Virus record (IMG/VR): IMGVR_UViG_3300010885_017276
Span: 32,001-96,000 of that record
From: a virus
Length of the DNA stretch: 64,000 nucleotides
Direction: 5' to 3' (one strand)
A program made the translations under genes and the position numbers. Within the stretch, counting starts at the first letter, position 1; every line of letters begins with the position of its first letter. The notes beneath the pieces were generated by a model. That model did not search any database. It was not told the origin of the DNA and was given only the letters and a program-made list of their open reading frames with translations. This document shows positions 36,739-46,900 of this stretch, in pieces.

Positions 36739-37392
36739 ATGATTATTTCGTTATTAGGCAGAATGGGCAGCGGAAAGGACACTGTAGGTAAAATTATACA
36801 ATACTTATTATGCCACAGCGTAGGCGATGTTACAGCAGTTGAAGCTGTTACAAATCCTGAGCATGATTGGTGGTTAGAGGAGCAATCAGAATGGGAAATC
36901 AAAAAGTTTGCAGGTAAGTTAAAAACTATAGCTTCCATAATAGCCGGTGTTCCCGAAGAGCTGTTTGAGCACCAAGAGTTTAAACAAAAACAAATGCCTA
37001 AAGATTGGGGAATGACATACAGAGAGTTCCTTCAAAAGCTTGGAACAGAGGCAATGCGTAACGGGTTGCATCCAAATGTATGGGTAAATGCTTTGTTTGC
37101 TGATTATATTCCCTATTCTGTAAGAGGCAGTAGCTACGAACAAATAGAGACTAATTGGATTATCACAGATGTGAGGTTTCCTAATGAGGTAGAAGCTATT
37201 ATAAATAGAAGGGGGATCACTATTAGAGTAGTTAAACCAGACATGTACTCCTTACAATCTATGACCCCAGCTCACGTTAGTGAAACAGCTCTTGATGATA
37301 TCATGGTACATTATGAAATAGTAAATGATGGAACCATAGAAGATCTTGTGGAGAGAGTAAAAGAAATATTAACCAAAGAAAAAATAATATAA
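36739..37392 (+). CDS. deoxynucleoside monophosphate kinase
   Basis: GRMGSGKDT, FAGKLK, REFLQKLGTE, ITDVRFPNE and HVSE motifs (T4 gp1-like). Confidence 0.88.
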   Translation: MIISLLGRMGSGKDTVGKIIQYLLCHSVGDVTAVEAVTNPEHDWWLEEQSEWEIKKFAGKLKTIASIIAGVPEELFEHQEFKQKQMPKDWGMTYREFLQKLGTEAMRNGLHPNVWVNALFADYIPYSVRGSSYEQIETNWIITDVRFPNEVEAIINRRGITIRVVKPDMYSLQSMTPAHVSETALDDIMVHYEIVNDGTIEDLVERVKEILTKEKII

Positions 37393-37760
37393 TGGAATAC
37401 CTAAACATTAACGAAGAGTACGAAAGGTGGAAAGAAACTCTACAAGAAAGTAAGTTTATGTCTGACTTAGGTGAAAGACAACGAGAACGAGATTTTCGTG
37501 AGGCATATATGAGAGGCTTTGAGATGGCTACAAAGGCAGCAGATAAAAAGACTACCAAAATGTACCTTGATAGTATAGACCAAGACTTAATTCAAGAAAT
37601 GGTAGCTTATGCTGATAAAAATAAACCGGAAGTAAAAAGGGTAGAGGTAATACAACACTCCCCTCCATACAACGGAAGAGCTTATACGAACTATGCCGCC
37701 AAAGAGGTGGAAGTTCAGTATCAAGATAGGGGAAGAACACTAAAAGTATTTTGTAAATGA
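37392..37760 (+). CDS. hypothetical protein
   Basis: RVEVI...GRAY...QD.GRTLKVF C-terminal domain. Confidence 0.65.
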   Translation: MEYLNINEEYERWKETLQESKFMSDLGERQRERDFREAYMRGFEMATKAADKKTTKMYLDSIDQDLIQEMVAYADKNKPEVKRVEVIQHSPPYNGRAYTNYAAKEVEVQYQDRGRTLKVFCK

Positions 37761-37861
37761 TGAAGTATCTGTTTTTAATCCTGCTATACGAAGTAGCAAG
37801 ACCTAAGATAATTTGGTTGTGGTATTATTTGATTAATTATAACGAAAGAAGAAAAAAATGA
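37757..37861 (+). CDS. 34-aa hydrophobic microprotein, paralog of 33058-33159
   Basis: MMKYLFLILLYEVARPKIIWLWYYLINYNERRKK; ATGA overlaps at both ends. Confidence 0.75.
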   Translation: MMKYLFLILLYEVARPKIIWLWYYLINYNERRKK

Positions 37862-38538
37862 AAATTTGGCACATTAGCGACACGCATACCTACCATGACC
37901 TTTTGGTTGTACCCGAAGGAATAGATATGGTAATCCACTCAGGGGATTGTAGTAACCCAAGAAACCCTTATAACAATGAACCTGAAGTTTGGAGGTTTTT
38001 AGATTGGTACAAAGACCTACCAATAAAGTATAAAATATTTGTAGCCGGTAACCACGACTCTAGTGTTGAGAAGGGGTTAGTCACAAAGGATGATTTTAAC
38101 GAACACGGGATAGTCTATCTAGAAAACGGTTATACTATTATAGAAGACTTAAAGATATGGGGAAGCCCTGTTACACCACAGTTTGGTGATTGGTCTTTTA
38201 TGAAAGCCCGGCATAAGTTAGATGAGCATTGGAAGAACAATATGCCGGATGATGCAGACATTATAATTGTGCATGGGCCTCCAAAGGGAATCCTAGACTT
38301 AAGTTATAATAGAGAAGGCAGATTAGAATTTTGTGGTTGTAAAGCTTTGAGAAACCACATCTTAAAAAGAGTTAAACCAAAGCTTTGTCTGTTTGGGCAT
38401 ATCCACAACTATGAGGATATTGTAAATGCCGGCACTGTGAAACTGTCAATTAGTGATACTATTTTTAGTAATGGTAGCGTTGTGACAGATAGAGAGTTCG
38501 GCAGACTAAGTAGTCAAGGTAACATATTAGAAATATAA
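37858..38538 (+). CDS. calcineurin-like metallophosphoesterase (MPPED-type)
   Basis: SDTH, HSGD, AGNHD, HGPP and FGHIH. Confidence 0.9.
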   Translation: MKIWHISDTHTYHDLLVVPEGIDMVIHSGDCSNPRNPYNNEPEVWRFLDWYKDLPIKYKIFVAGNHDSSVEKGLVTKDDFNEHGIVYLENGYTIIEDLKIWGSPVTPQFGDWSFMKARHKLDEHWKNNMPDDADIIIVHGPPKGILDLSYNREGRLEFCGCKALRNHILKRVKPKLCLFGHIHNYEDIVNAGTVKLSISDTIFSNGSVVTDREFGRLSSQGNILEI

Positions 38539-40481
38539 TGAATTTAGACAAGGTATTTATAATCGATGCAGAGTCAGACGGACTTGTTCCACAGTCCACC
38601 AAGATTTGGTGTATGGGGATTAGTTGGGTGGATGACAAAGGTAAATGGCAAGTAAAATCCACTACGGACTACGAGAACATGAGAAAGGTTCTTGTTAATC
38701 CGGAGAACACATTAGTTTGCCACAACATAGTTAGATTTGATGTACCCTTGTATGAAAAAATACTAGGTATCAAAGTCAAAGCTAGTGTGGTGGATTCACT
38801 CGGCTTGTCTTGGTATCTTTACCCTGAGAGAGGACAGAGAGACCACGGTCTTGCAGCTTGGGGACAAGAGTTTGGAGTCCCTAAACCTAAGATTGATGAT
38901 TGGGAGAATCTTAGTGTAGAAGAATATTGCCATCGTGTAGAGGAAGATGTTAAAATCAATACTAACCTTTGGATTAAACAATACAACTACCTAAAGAAGA
39001 TATACCCCGATCCTCAAGACATTGTTAGAATTGTAAAGTATTTGAACTTTAAACTAACTTGTCTAGGTATACAAGAAGAAGAAAAGATTTTGATTGATGT
39101 TGAGCAATGTAAAAAGAACCTAGAGTTTCTACAAGGCATAGAAAGCGAAAAGAAAGATTTGTTAGAGGCGGCTATGCCAAAGTTGCCAATCAAGAAGTCA
39201 GTATCTAAACCCAAGGTCTTGCACAAGAAGGATGGTAGTTTGAGTGTAGCCGGAGCTAGATGGTTTGAGATTTTAAGAGAGAACAATATACCGGAGGACT
39301 TCGAGGGTGAGCTAAATATGATTGCCGGTTATGATGAACCGAATGCAGGAAGCCCCATACAAGTTAAGGACTGGTTATTAGGACTTGGTTGGAAACCGTT
39401 GTTGTTCGAGGATGGTCGTAATGGTAAAGTTCCACAAGTTCGAGACAAAGAAAAGATGCTATGTAAAAGTGTCTTAGCTCTCAAGGAAAAAGAGCCGGCT
39501 ATCGAACACTTAGACGGTCTGTCTGTGGTTACTCACAGGGCTGGTTACCTGAAGGGGTTTTTGGAAAAGGTAGATGAGAATGGTTATGCTGTTGCTTTTG
39601 CCCACGGCTTCACAAAGACATTGCGATTAAAGCATGCTAAACCTTTTGTGAATCTGCCTAAACCAACTTCCCCCTATGGAGACCTAGTAAGAGGTGTTAT
39701 GATAGCACCTGAAGGCAGCATATTGATTGGTTCGGATGTTAGCAGTCTTGAGGACAAGATGAAACAGATTTCTATTTATCCGTATGACCCTGAGTATGTT
39801 AACGATATGAACAGACCCGGATGGGATGCTCACTTGGATATCGGGTTAAAGAGTGGTATGATTTCTCCTGAGGAGTCTGACTTTTTTAGATGGTACAAAA
39901 CCAAAGATAAAAAGAAAGAAGACTTGCCTGAGATATTCAAAGTATACTCAGATGAAGAGTTGTCTGAGCAGTTTGACAAGGTATCTAAGAAACGTGCTAT
40001 TGCAAAGACAGGTAACTATGCTTTGACCTACGGCTGTGGAGTTCCTAAATTAATGGAGTCCACATCACTAAAAAAGAAGGATGCTCAGACCTTATACAAT
40101 GGGTATTGGGATCGTAATTGGGCGGTAAAGAAGTTCTCTGAGGATAGATCTGTTAAGATGGTAGATGGTAAGGCTTGGATTTGGAATCCTATTACTAATT
40201 TTTACTACTTCTTGGCTTCAGAAAAAGACCGCTTTTCTGCTTGTAACCAATCTGCCGGAGTTCGAGTATTTGATGGGTATGTATACGAGATGATTAGACG
40301 GGGTGTTAGACCTATTTTCCAGGCCCATGACGAGGTTTTAATCAGATGTAAGGTCGAAGACAAAGATAGGGTAATTTCTGCCTTAAAAACCTCTATAGAT
40401 AACGTAAACCAACAATATAAGTTTCCCGTAGATATCGAGATTGATATACAGACCGGAATGAATTATTCAGCAGTGCACTAA
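38538..40481 (+). CDS. polA: family A DNA polymerase with 3'-5' exonuclease (T7-like)
   Basis: IDAESD, HNIVRFD, motif A DVSSLE, motif B RAIAKTGNYALTYG, motif C AHDE. Confidence 0.93.
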   Translation: MNLDKVFIIDAESDGLVPQSTKIWCMGISWVDDKGKWQVKSTTDYENMRKVLVNPENTLVCHNIVRFDVPLYEKILGIKVKASVVDSLGLSWYLYPERGQRDHGLAAWGQEFGVPKPKIDDWENLSVEEYCHRVEEDVKINTNLWIKQYNYLKKIYPDPQDIVRIVKYLNFKLTCLGIQEEEKILIDVEQCKKNLEFLQGIESEKKDLLEAAMPKLPIKKSVSKPKVLHKKDGSLSVAGARWFEILRENNIPEDFEGELNMIAGYDEPNAGSPIQVKDWLLGLGWKPLLFEDGRNGKVPQVRDKEKMLCKSVLALKEKEPAIEHLDGLSVVTHRAGYLKGFLEKVDENGYAVAFAHGFTKTLRLKHAKPFVNLPKPTSPYGDLVRGVMIAPEGSILIGSDVSSLEDKMKQISIYPYDPEYVNDMNRPGWDAHLDIGLKSGMISPEESDFFRWYKTKDKKKEDLPEIFKVYSDEELSEQFDKVSKKRAIAKTGNYALTYGCGVPKLMESTSLKKKDAQTLYNGYWDRNWAVKKFSEDRSVKMVDGKAWIWNPITNFYYFLASEKDRFSACNQSAGVRVFDGYVYEMIRRGVRPIFQAHDEVLIRCKVEDKDRVISALKTSIDNVNQQYKFPVDIEIDIQTGMNYSAVH

Positions 40482-40551
40482 AATTATTGGAAAAAGCTTG
40501 CAGGATTAAAATATAGTCTGTATCTTTGCTCAGAATTTAAAACTAAATAAT

Positions 40552-40782
40552 ATGATAGAATTAGAAATTGAGTATGCCGGTGTACCTATGATAATCACCG
40601 GTTATTACACATCAGCTGAAGATGGTGTTATGTACTATTCAGATATGTCAGGTAACCCAGGAATGTCGTCACACTTTGATATCGCTAAAGTTTTAGTAGG
40701 CGGTATAGATATTTGGGAGCTTTTGTCTAGCCAACAATTAAATAGTCTAACTGAGATGTGTGTTGAAAAAGTAGAAGAATAA
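40552..40782 (+). CDS. hypothetical protein
   Basis: downstream of promoter 40497-40528. Confidence 0.65.
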   Translation: MIELEIEYAGVPMIITGYYTSAEDGVMYYSDMSGNPGMSSHFDIAKVLVGGIDIWELLSSQQLNSLTEMCVEKVEE

Positions 40783-41057
40783 TGACAAAAGAAAAAAAAC
40801 TAATACTAGATATTTACAGAGCTTTATACAAAGCTAGCACACCAAGTGCGGATTTTGATGAGCTTATGGAAAATGCTAGTGCCGATGAAAACGGCAGAAA
40901 GCTCATACCTTATGATGACTACTACATATCTTTGGATACCTATGATGAGATAATTTCATCTATGTTGAAAGGCAAAAGATTAACTAAGCTAAAACAGCAG
41001 ATGATTCGTAATACTATACACCTAGGTTGTAGCCCTAAAACAATTAAAAATTTATAA
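40782..41057 (+). CDS. hypothetical protein
   Basis: IYRALYKASTPSADFD...LGCSP. Confidence 0.7.
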   Translation: MTKEKKLILDIYRALYKASTPSADFDELMENASADENGRKLIPYDDYYISLDTYDEIISSMLKGKRLTKLKQQMIRNTIHLGCSPKTIKNL

Positions 41058-41061
41058 AAGC

Positions 41062-41511
41062 ATGGAAAAGTTATATAAAAAGGTTGGCTCTAGATACAAA
41101 GAAGTTAGCCAAAAGCTATCACTAAACCAAGAGTTAGTGCTTACAGCGGCATTCAGATATGCATTAGGAAGGTCAACCTATATCGTAGGTTCAATTTGTG
41201 AGGAGCTTGTAAGACTTGAACCAGTATTAGGAGAAGGTCAAAAGGTTAGGATATCTAGAGAAATACAAGAGTACCAAGATAAACACGGCAAGGCTGGGAT
41301 GGACATGGACAACGACGAGTGGAACTACGTCAAGTGGCTGTTCGATCCTGAGAAAAGAGTTATCCTAGAGGCCAACTACTACAATACAGACAATTGGGTA
41401 GAGGCGGAAGCCGTCTGTGGAGGAGTAGGAGCAGATGGAAAAGAGGTCTACCTAAGTTTAAATGATAAAAATGCCACTTACCACACAGTAAGAAACGTAA
41501 GAAAAAAATAA
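41062..41511 (+). CDS. hypothetical protein
   Basis: AFRYALGRSTY common phage motif. Confidence 0.7.
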   Translation: MEKLYKKVGSRYKEVSQKLSLNQELVLTAAFRYALGRSTYIVGSICEELVRLEPVLGEGQKVRISREIQEYQDKHGKAGMDMDNDEWNYVKWLFDPEKRVILEANYYNTDNWVEAEAVCGGVGADGKEVYLSLNDKNATYHTVRNVRKK

Positions 41512-41513
41512 CA

Positions 41514-42410
41514 ATGGAAAACGTATCCTTCTTTTATTATCCCTCGGATGTTAGAATACCTAAGCCACTAGGAGAGGTTACATTTAAGCAGTTCTTGAAT
41601 GCTAACAAGAATCCAAAAAAGGAGATAGCTGGGATATTCAAAAGAATCGAGGAGGCTACCAAAGCCGGTAATGATGAGTTAAAGACTTATCTAAAATCAC
41701 ATTTGTATTACTTTACACCTTGTGTAAAAACAGACGGTAATGGCCGTTGCTATACTAATGTACTTGGGTTTACCGGTTTAGCTGTTCTAGATTTTGATAA
41801 GTTGCCCGATGCTCCGGCCTTTAAGCAGTTCTTGTTTGACAACCTTAAGTGTGTCGTGGCAGCTTACCTGTCCCCCTCAAAAAAAGGATGTAAGTTTATT
41901 GTTAGAATACCAAAGTGTCAGACCATAGACCAATTCAAGAGTTACTTCTATGGTATTGGTTACTATATGGAGAAGTACGAAGGGTTTGACCCATCTACCC
42001 AAAATTGTATCTTGCCTTTGTACTTATCCATTGACCCTGACCTACTATACCGGGAGGATGCTGAAGTTTGGGATATCAAAGGAGAGAAGCTAGATGAGTT
42101 CAAGGACTTTGAGGGCGAAGTCAAAGTATTAGAGAATGTAACAGAAAACGAAAGGGACAGAGTCTTTAGTATTTTGAATAGGTCTATGGCTAAGATTTTA
42201 GATTCTGGACATTACATAGTTAGGTCGACAGCTTTGAGTGCCGGTGGTTATATTGCTAGTGGTTACATCTCAAAAGAAGAAGCGGAAGACTTGCTGTTTA
42301 AGCTGATAGATGATAATGCCTACTTAAAGAAGAACACTAGAGGTTACAAACAAACTACTAAAGAAATGATTGCTAGAGGAATGAAGAGCCCTTTGTATTT
42401 AAAAGATTAA
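41514..42410 (+). CDS. primase-polymerase, BT4734/VirE-N-like AEP family
   Basis: LYYFTP, LDFD, SPSKKGCK, FDPS and SIDP motifs; lies near helicase and PolA. Confidence 0.75.
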   Translation: MENVSFFYYPSDVRIPKPLGEVTFKQFLNANKNPKKEIAGIFKRIEEATKAGNDELKTYLKSHLYYFTPCVKTDGNGRCYTNVLGFTGLAVLDFDKLPDAPAFKQFLFDNLKCVVAAYLSPSKKGCKFIVRIPKCQTIDQFKSYFYGIGYYMEKYEGFDPSTQNCILPLYLSIDPDLLYREDAEVWDIKGEKLDEFKDFEGEVKVLENVTENERDRVFSILNRSMAKILDSGHYIVRSTALSAGGYIASGYISKEEAEDLLFKLIDDNAYLKKNTRGYKQTTKEMIARGMKSPLYLKD

Positions 42411-42572
42411 AATATGACTAAAAAAGACTTTTATCGTAAAGATTATTTAACATTCAAGAAAAAGTACAAACTTTTAGATAAAAAGTATGTTGTAAAATTT
42501 AATCAAGTTGTAGAAGATAAAAAATAATTGTAAATTTGTAGGATGTTAAAAAATAACCATTAAAAAATAAAT

Positions 42573-43793
42573 ATGGAGTTAGACAAAAGAAGATTACAGG
42601 AGCTTTACGATCAAGAACAAAGCAAAACCTTGGCCGCAAAAGCTTACTGTGAGGAAAACAGAATTGAGTACTCGGAAACATTCCGTAAGAAAGTAAATTC
42701 TATGATTGTGAAGGCAGAAAGATCGGGAGATTTTGAAAACGTATCCTATACAGATACCGTACAATACTCTGAAGACATTGCCCCACTTTCAGCATTGAAA
42801 CCAGACGGTAAAATTATGAGTATCCAAGAGTATTGTGACTTCTACAATATCCCGTTTGAGCAAGTACGAACATTTAAGTTGGTAACTCATACAGGTAAGG
42901 GTGCTTATTATAACATAGCGTCTAATGCTATGGAGGCAGACTCTCTAAAGGGCTTTCATTCTCAGATTCTACAGGACATCGAAAAGATATCAACTAGACC
43001 TGTAACAATCCCTAGACCTGTCTTAAACAAGGATGGACACCTATTGGTTGTAGACCCAGCAGATGTACACATAGGTAAGCTAGCAGATAGCTTTGAAACA
43101 GGAGAGTCCTATGATAATCAGATAGCTGTAAAACGTGTCAGAGAGGGCGTAGACGGCATTTTAGAGAAGGCCAAAGGGTTTGATATCAATATGATACTTT
43201 TTGTGGCTGGTAACGACATATTGCACGTTGATACACCTAAAAGAACTACCACATCAGGTACTCCACAAGATACAGATGGAATGTGGTACTCAAACTTTTT
43301 GATTGCAAAAGATATCTACATTGAAGTTTTAACTAAACTAATGCAAGTTGCAGATGTTCACTTTGTGTTTAACCCAAGTAACCACGATTATACTCACGGT
43401 TTCTTTTTGGCAGATGTTATCAAGACTTATTTCAAGGATTGTAAGAACATCACATTTGACTGCTCATTGGCCCACAGAAAGTATTTTGTGTACGGAGATA
43501 ATTTGATCGGTACTACACACGGAGATGGAGCTAAACCACAAGACTTACCATTACTTATGGCACATGAGAGTCCTGAATGGAGCAACTGTAAACATAAATA
43601 CATCTACACTCACCATTTACACCATAAAGTAGCAAAGGATTACATGGGAGTTTGTGTGGAGGCTTTGAGAAGCCCCTCTGGTACAGACTCTTGGCATCAT
43701 AGAAACGGGTACGAACATGCACCAAAAGCAGTAGAAGGGTTCTTACACCACCCTAAATTTGGACAAATCTGTAGATTTACCCACATTTTTTAG
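42573..43793 (+). CDS. phage metallophosphoesterase/nuclease with N-terminal extension
   Basis: DVHIG, GNDILH, SNHD, THGD and HHLHH motifs; promoter at 42507-42538. Confidence 0.8.
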   Translation: MELDKRRLQELYDQEQSKTLAAKAYCEENRIEYSETFRKKVNSMIVKAERSGDFENVSYTDTVQYSEDIAPLSALKPDGKIMSIQEYCDFYNIPFEQVRTFKLVTHTGKGAYYNIASNAMEADSLKGFHSQILQDIEKISTRPVTIPRPVLNKDGHLLVVDPADVHIGKLADSFETGESYDNQIAVKRVREGVDGILEKAKGFDINMILFVAGNDILHVDTPKRTTTSGTPQDTDGMWYSNFLIAKDIYIEVLTKLMQVADVHFVFNPSNHDYTHGFFLADVIKTYFKDCKNITFDCSLAHRKYFVYGDNLIGTTHGDGAKPQDLPLLMAHESPEWSNCKHKYIYTHHLHHKVAKDYMGVCVEALRSPSGTDSWHHRNGYEHAPKAVEGFLHHPKFGQICRFTHIF

Positions 43794-43879
43794 CCTTAAT
43801 ATCACACGTAAAGTCCTATCGCCTTTATACAGTTAAGGGTTCCGAGTTATTAGCGTTAGAGTATAGGTAATTAAGGTCA

Positions 43880-43925
43880 AAAAAAAATCCCCTCTTAGAT
43901 TAATTTCTTTGAGGGGATTTTTATT
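43880..43925. terminator. bidirectional terminator between convergent gene blocks
   Basis: A-tract, ATCCCCTC/GAGGGGAT stem, T-tract. Confidence 0.85.
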
Positions 43926-43930
43926 GCTAT

Positions 43931-46900
43931 CTATTCTTCTGAATTTTCGTCTTCTTCTAGAGACTCTTTGTTTATAAACATTGCTATTGGAACAAAGCTC
44001 TCTGAGTTGTTAAAGTGATTATAGGCATCTCTCTGAGACTTCAGGTTTTTGGCTGAATACAAGTCAAAGTATGATTTAGCTCCTACCAAGTTTTTAATAA
44101 GATACGCTTCCTGATTTGTCAATCCTGAATATCTTCCTCTGTCTACTAGACTTGTGTCAAATAAATTTTGAACACTGGCCAAATTTTCAATCTTAGATAA
44201 ACCTACAATAGGCTCTTTACTTGATGAATAAAACTCACCTAATATACCAAACTGAGAAGATGAAGTTTCGTTAGCAGTTCTCTCAAACATATAAGCTGTT
44301 GCTTGTGCTAGCATACTGTCATCATCGTCATCTGCCCACCCTGATATTGATAGAGTAAGTAGGAATAAGGCTGTCATAAAGGATGACTCGATCAATACCC
44401 TTCTTATGTTCTCTCTTTCAGTCTCATCTGCATTTTTATACATATTCTTGAGCTCTGTCATTGCCCCCATAAAGCTTTTACTTGCAACACCTTTGTTAAT
44501 AGTATTTGTAAATGTTCTCATCACAGATAAGTAGGAACCCTCTTCAAATTGCCCGGTTTGCATATTTAGATGCTTTCTCTTGAACCTGTTAGATGTACCA
44601 ATAGATAACCAAGCTTTGTGGGTCATTGTAAATCCTCCAAGTACGTGTCTTTGAAGCTGAGTTCTTTCTTCGTTCTTGATCTGACCATCTATTCTCTCGA
44701 TAAGCTTCTTAACCTTACTTACTACACCAAGCTCCATGTTTCTGAACTCTTTTTGGAACTCTTCTCCATTGGTCTTACCCATATCTTGGGCTAACTTGTC
44801 GTAGTTATAGGTAACGCTATTATCTTTGATATCTAAATAGCTGTAAAGGGTTTTATCTTTTAGTTTCTCCCAGTTACTCTTGATGCTATCCATTGTGATA
44901 TTTGGGTCTGACAGTTTTTGTAACTCCTCGAATTTTTTGAAGTCTACTAACTTATCACCAAATACCCTATGGCCGTATAATTGAGAAAGCATAGCTTTAG
45001 ACAACGGCACAAAGTTAGCTGCGGTGTGTAAGATGTACATGGATTTTGACAATGTTCTTACACCTTTGTTGTACATAGAGTTTTCAAATCTAGCATTTAG
45101 ATCAAATGCCCCAAAGTACTCACCCATTACAGATAATTTAGCCTTAGAGTTTATGTCTAATCCCTCACTAATAGCCGGAGTAGATATCTTTAAGAACTCT
45201 CTGTTGGCCATAGCCATAGAACCTTTGTCTACGTACTGACCAATAAGTTTTTCTAAGAACAGAGTAGTCTCTGCTGTAATCCAAGAGGTAAGTGGTACTA
45301 CCACGTTAAGAGCCAAAGAGTTATTCTTTACCCAGTTGTGCAACCAGTTTACAATCTTAGTAAGGTCTACCTGTCCTAGGAACGGAAGGTTAACCCTCCA
45401 CTGCTTTAACTCCTTTACTCCAAATAAGTTGTAGTCCATATAAGACTTAAACATCTTGTAAGTGTTGGTAGCTTCAGCAGCTTTACCATCAGGGTAAACA
45501 CGGTTCATTACCTTATCATTCAATACAGCAAACTCTGAGAATCTTTCTTTTTTAGCTCGGTATAACTCTGCTTGTTGTGCAAACAAGGCTGATGTATTAA
45601 ACAAATCCTCAGAAACGTCTGTACTAGCTTCTAGTTTTTTCAAGAAGTATTTAGGTATGATTCTAATGTTAGCCTTTTTGATCAAAGACTCACCTTGGAA
45701 CTCAGCACCAAATGCTTGCTCATCCACTCTAAATCTAGTAGCATCCAACCACATATCTTTCAAAGCCCCTTTTTTACCTTGGAGTAATCCTTGGATTTTT
45801 TGGAACTTAGTCTTGGATATTTGAGGTGCTAGATACAAGTTTTGTAAACCTAGTTCTCCATAAGATCGTAAACTTTCTTTTTGGAACTCCATGTACTCAG
45901 TGTACAAGTCGAACATCTTTTGGTTTCTGGTAGGTTGTATTTTACCGTCTTTTAAGATCGGGTTATTATTGCTATCCAATTTTGGCCCAAACATATCCAC
46001 AAACTTAGGGTTCAAAAACTTAGACAATTTTGGTTGTCTAGACCCACCCTCAAAATCTGATTTGTAGTTTTCGTTCTTGAACTTAATTTCCCCCATTTCA
46101 TAGTAAGAGAAATTATTACTAATTTTTATATCAGCTCTTTCATTAAGTGTAGTAACTAAATCTGTTACAGACTGATTTCCTGATTTTAAGCTTTTGTAAA
46201 AGTCAGATACTCCTATTGGAGAAAATGCTCTATAATAAGGAGCCAGTTTTGACTCAGCATACTTAAGTTTCAAACCGTCTATATCAGAAGGTAATATCTG
46301 AGATAGTTCATTGATCCCGGATATCTTTTTGATAAGCTCTTTTTGCTTGTCAGATACGTGTCTTCCTGAAGCAAAGTCATCTAATATATCAGAGAAATTT
46401 CTAACTTTTTTTCTGTTCTCCGGGGTCATATTTTTATAGTTGAAATCTAACTTTTCTTCAGTTGTATTTCTTCTATTATCTTGTAATGCCTCGTAGTAAG
46501 CTTGGTTAGGGGTTGACTCAGTTGTCGCTTCCTTTTCTTCACCTACCTGTGCAACATCCTTGAACAAAGTGTAGAGTAAATTATAACTTCTATCGATGTC
46601 TTCTGACAATCTCAAGATGTGCTCCTTTACCTCTGCAGGTATCTCTGATGCAAGTGTGTTTGTATAGTTTTTAGAATCCTGGTATCTTTTTAAGATAGCC
46701 TTTCTTTCCTCTAACTGTGATTTGTATTTTTCAATTTCATCTATCCAAGTCTGTTCTGCGTTAGGCCCCTGAGCATACGAATCGATATAGGTCATCATTG
46801 TCTCAGATGTGTCAAACCCATTCCAGAACTCAGAAGAAAAACCTAAGCTTGTATTAAGTAGGAAAAACTCTACTGCTGCTTCTCTACCCTCTTCCTTTTC

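Noticed and set aside
27250-40481. Introns or inteins in RNR, helicase or PolA
   Set aside because: The ORFs are continuous and of normal or short length with normally spaced motifs.
714-42681. Minus-strand ORFs within the plus-strand block, and plus-strand ORFs inside the giant genes
   Set aside because: They are shadow frames of well-supported genes, with antisense-type composition and no promoters or leaders.
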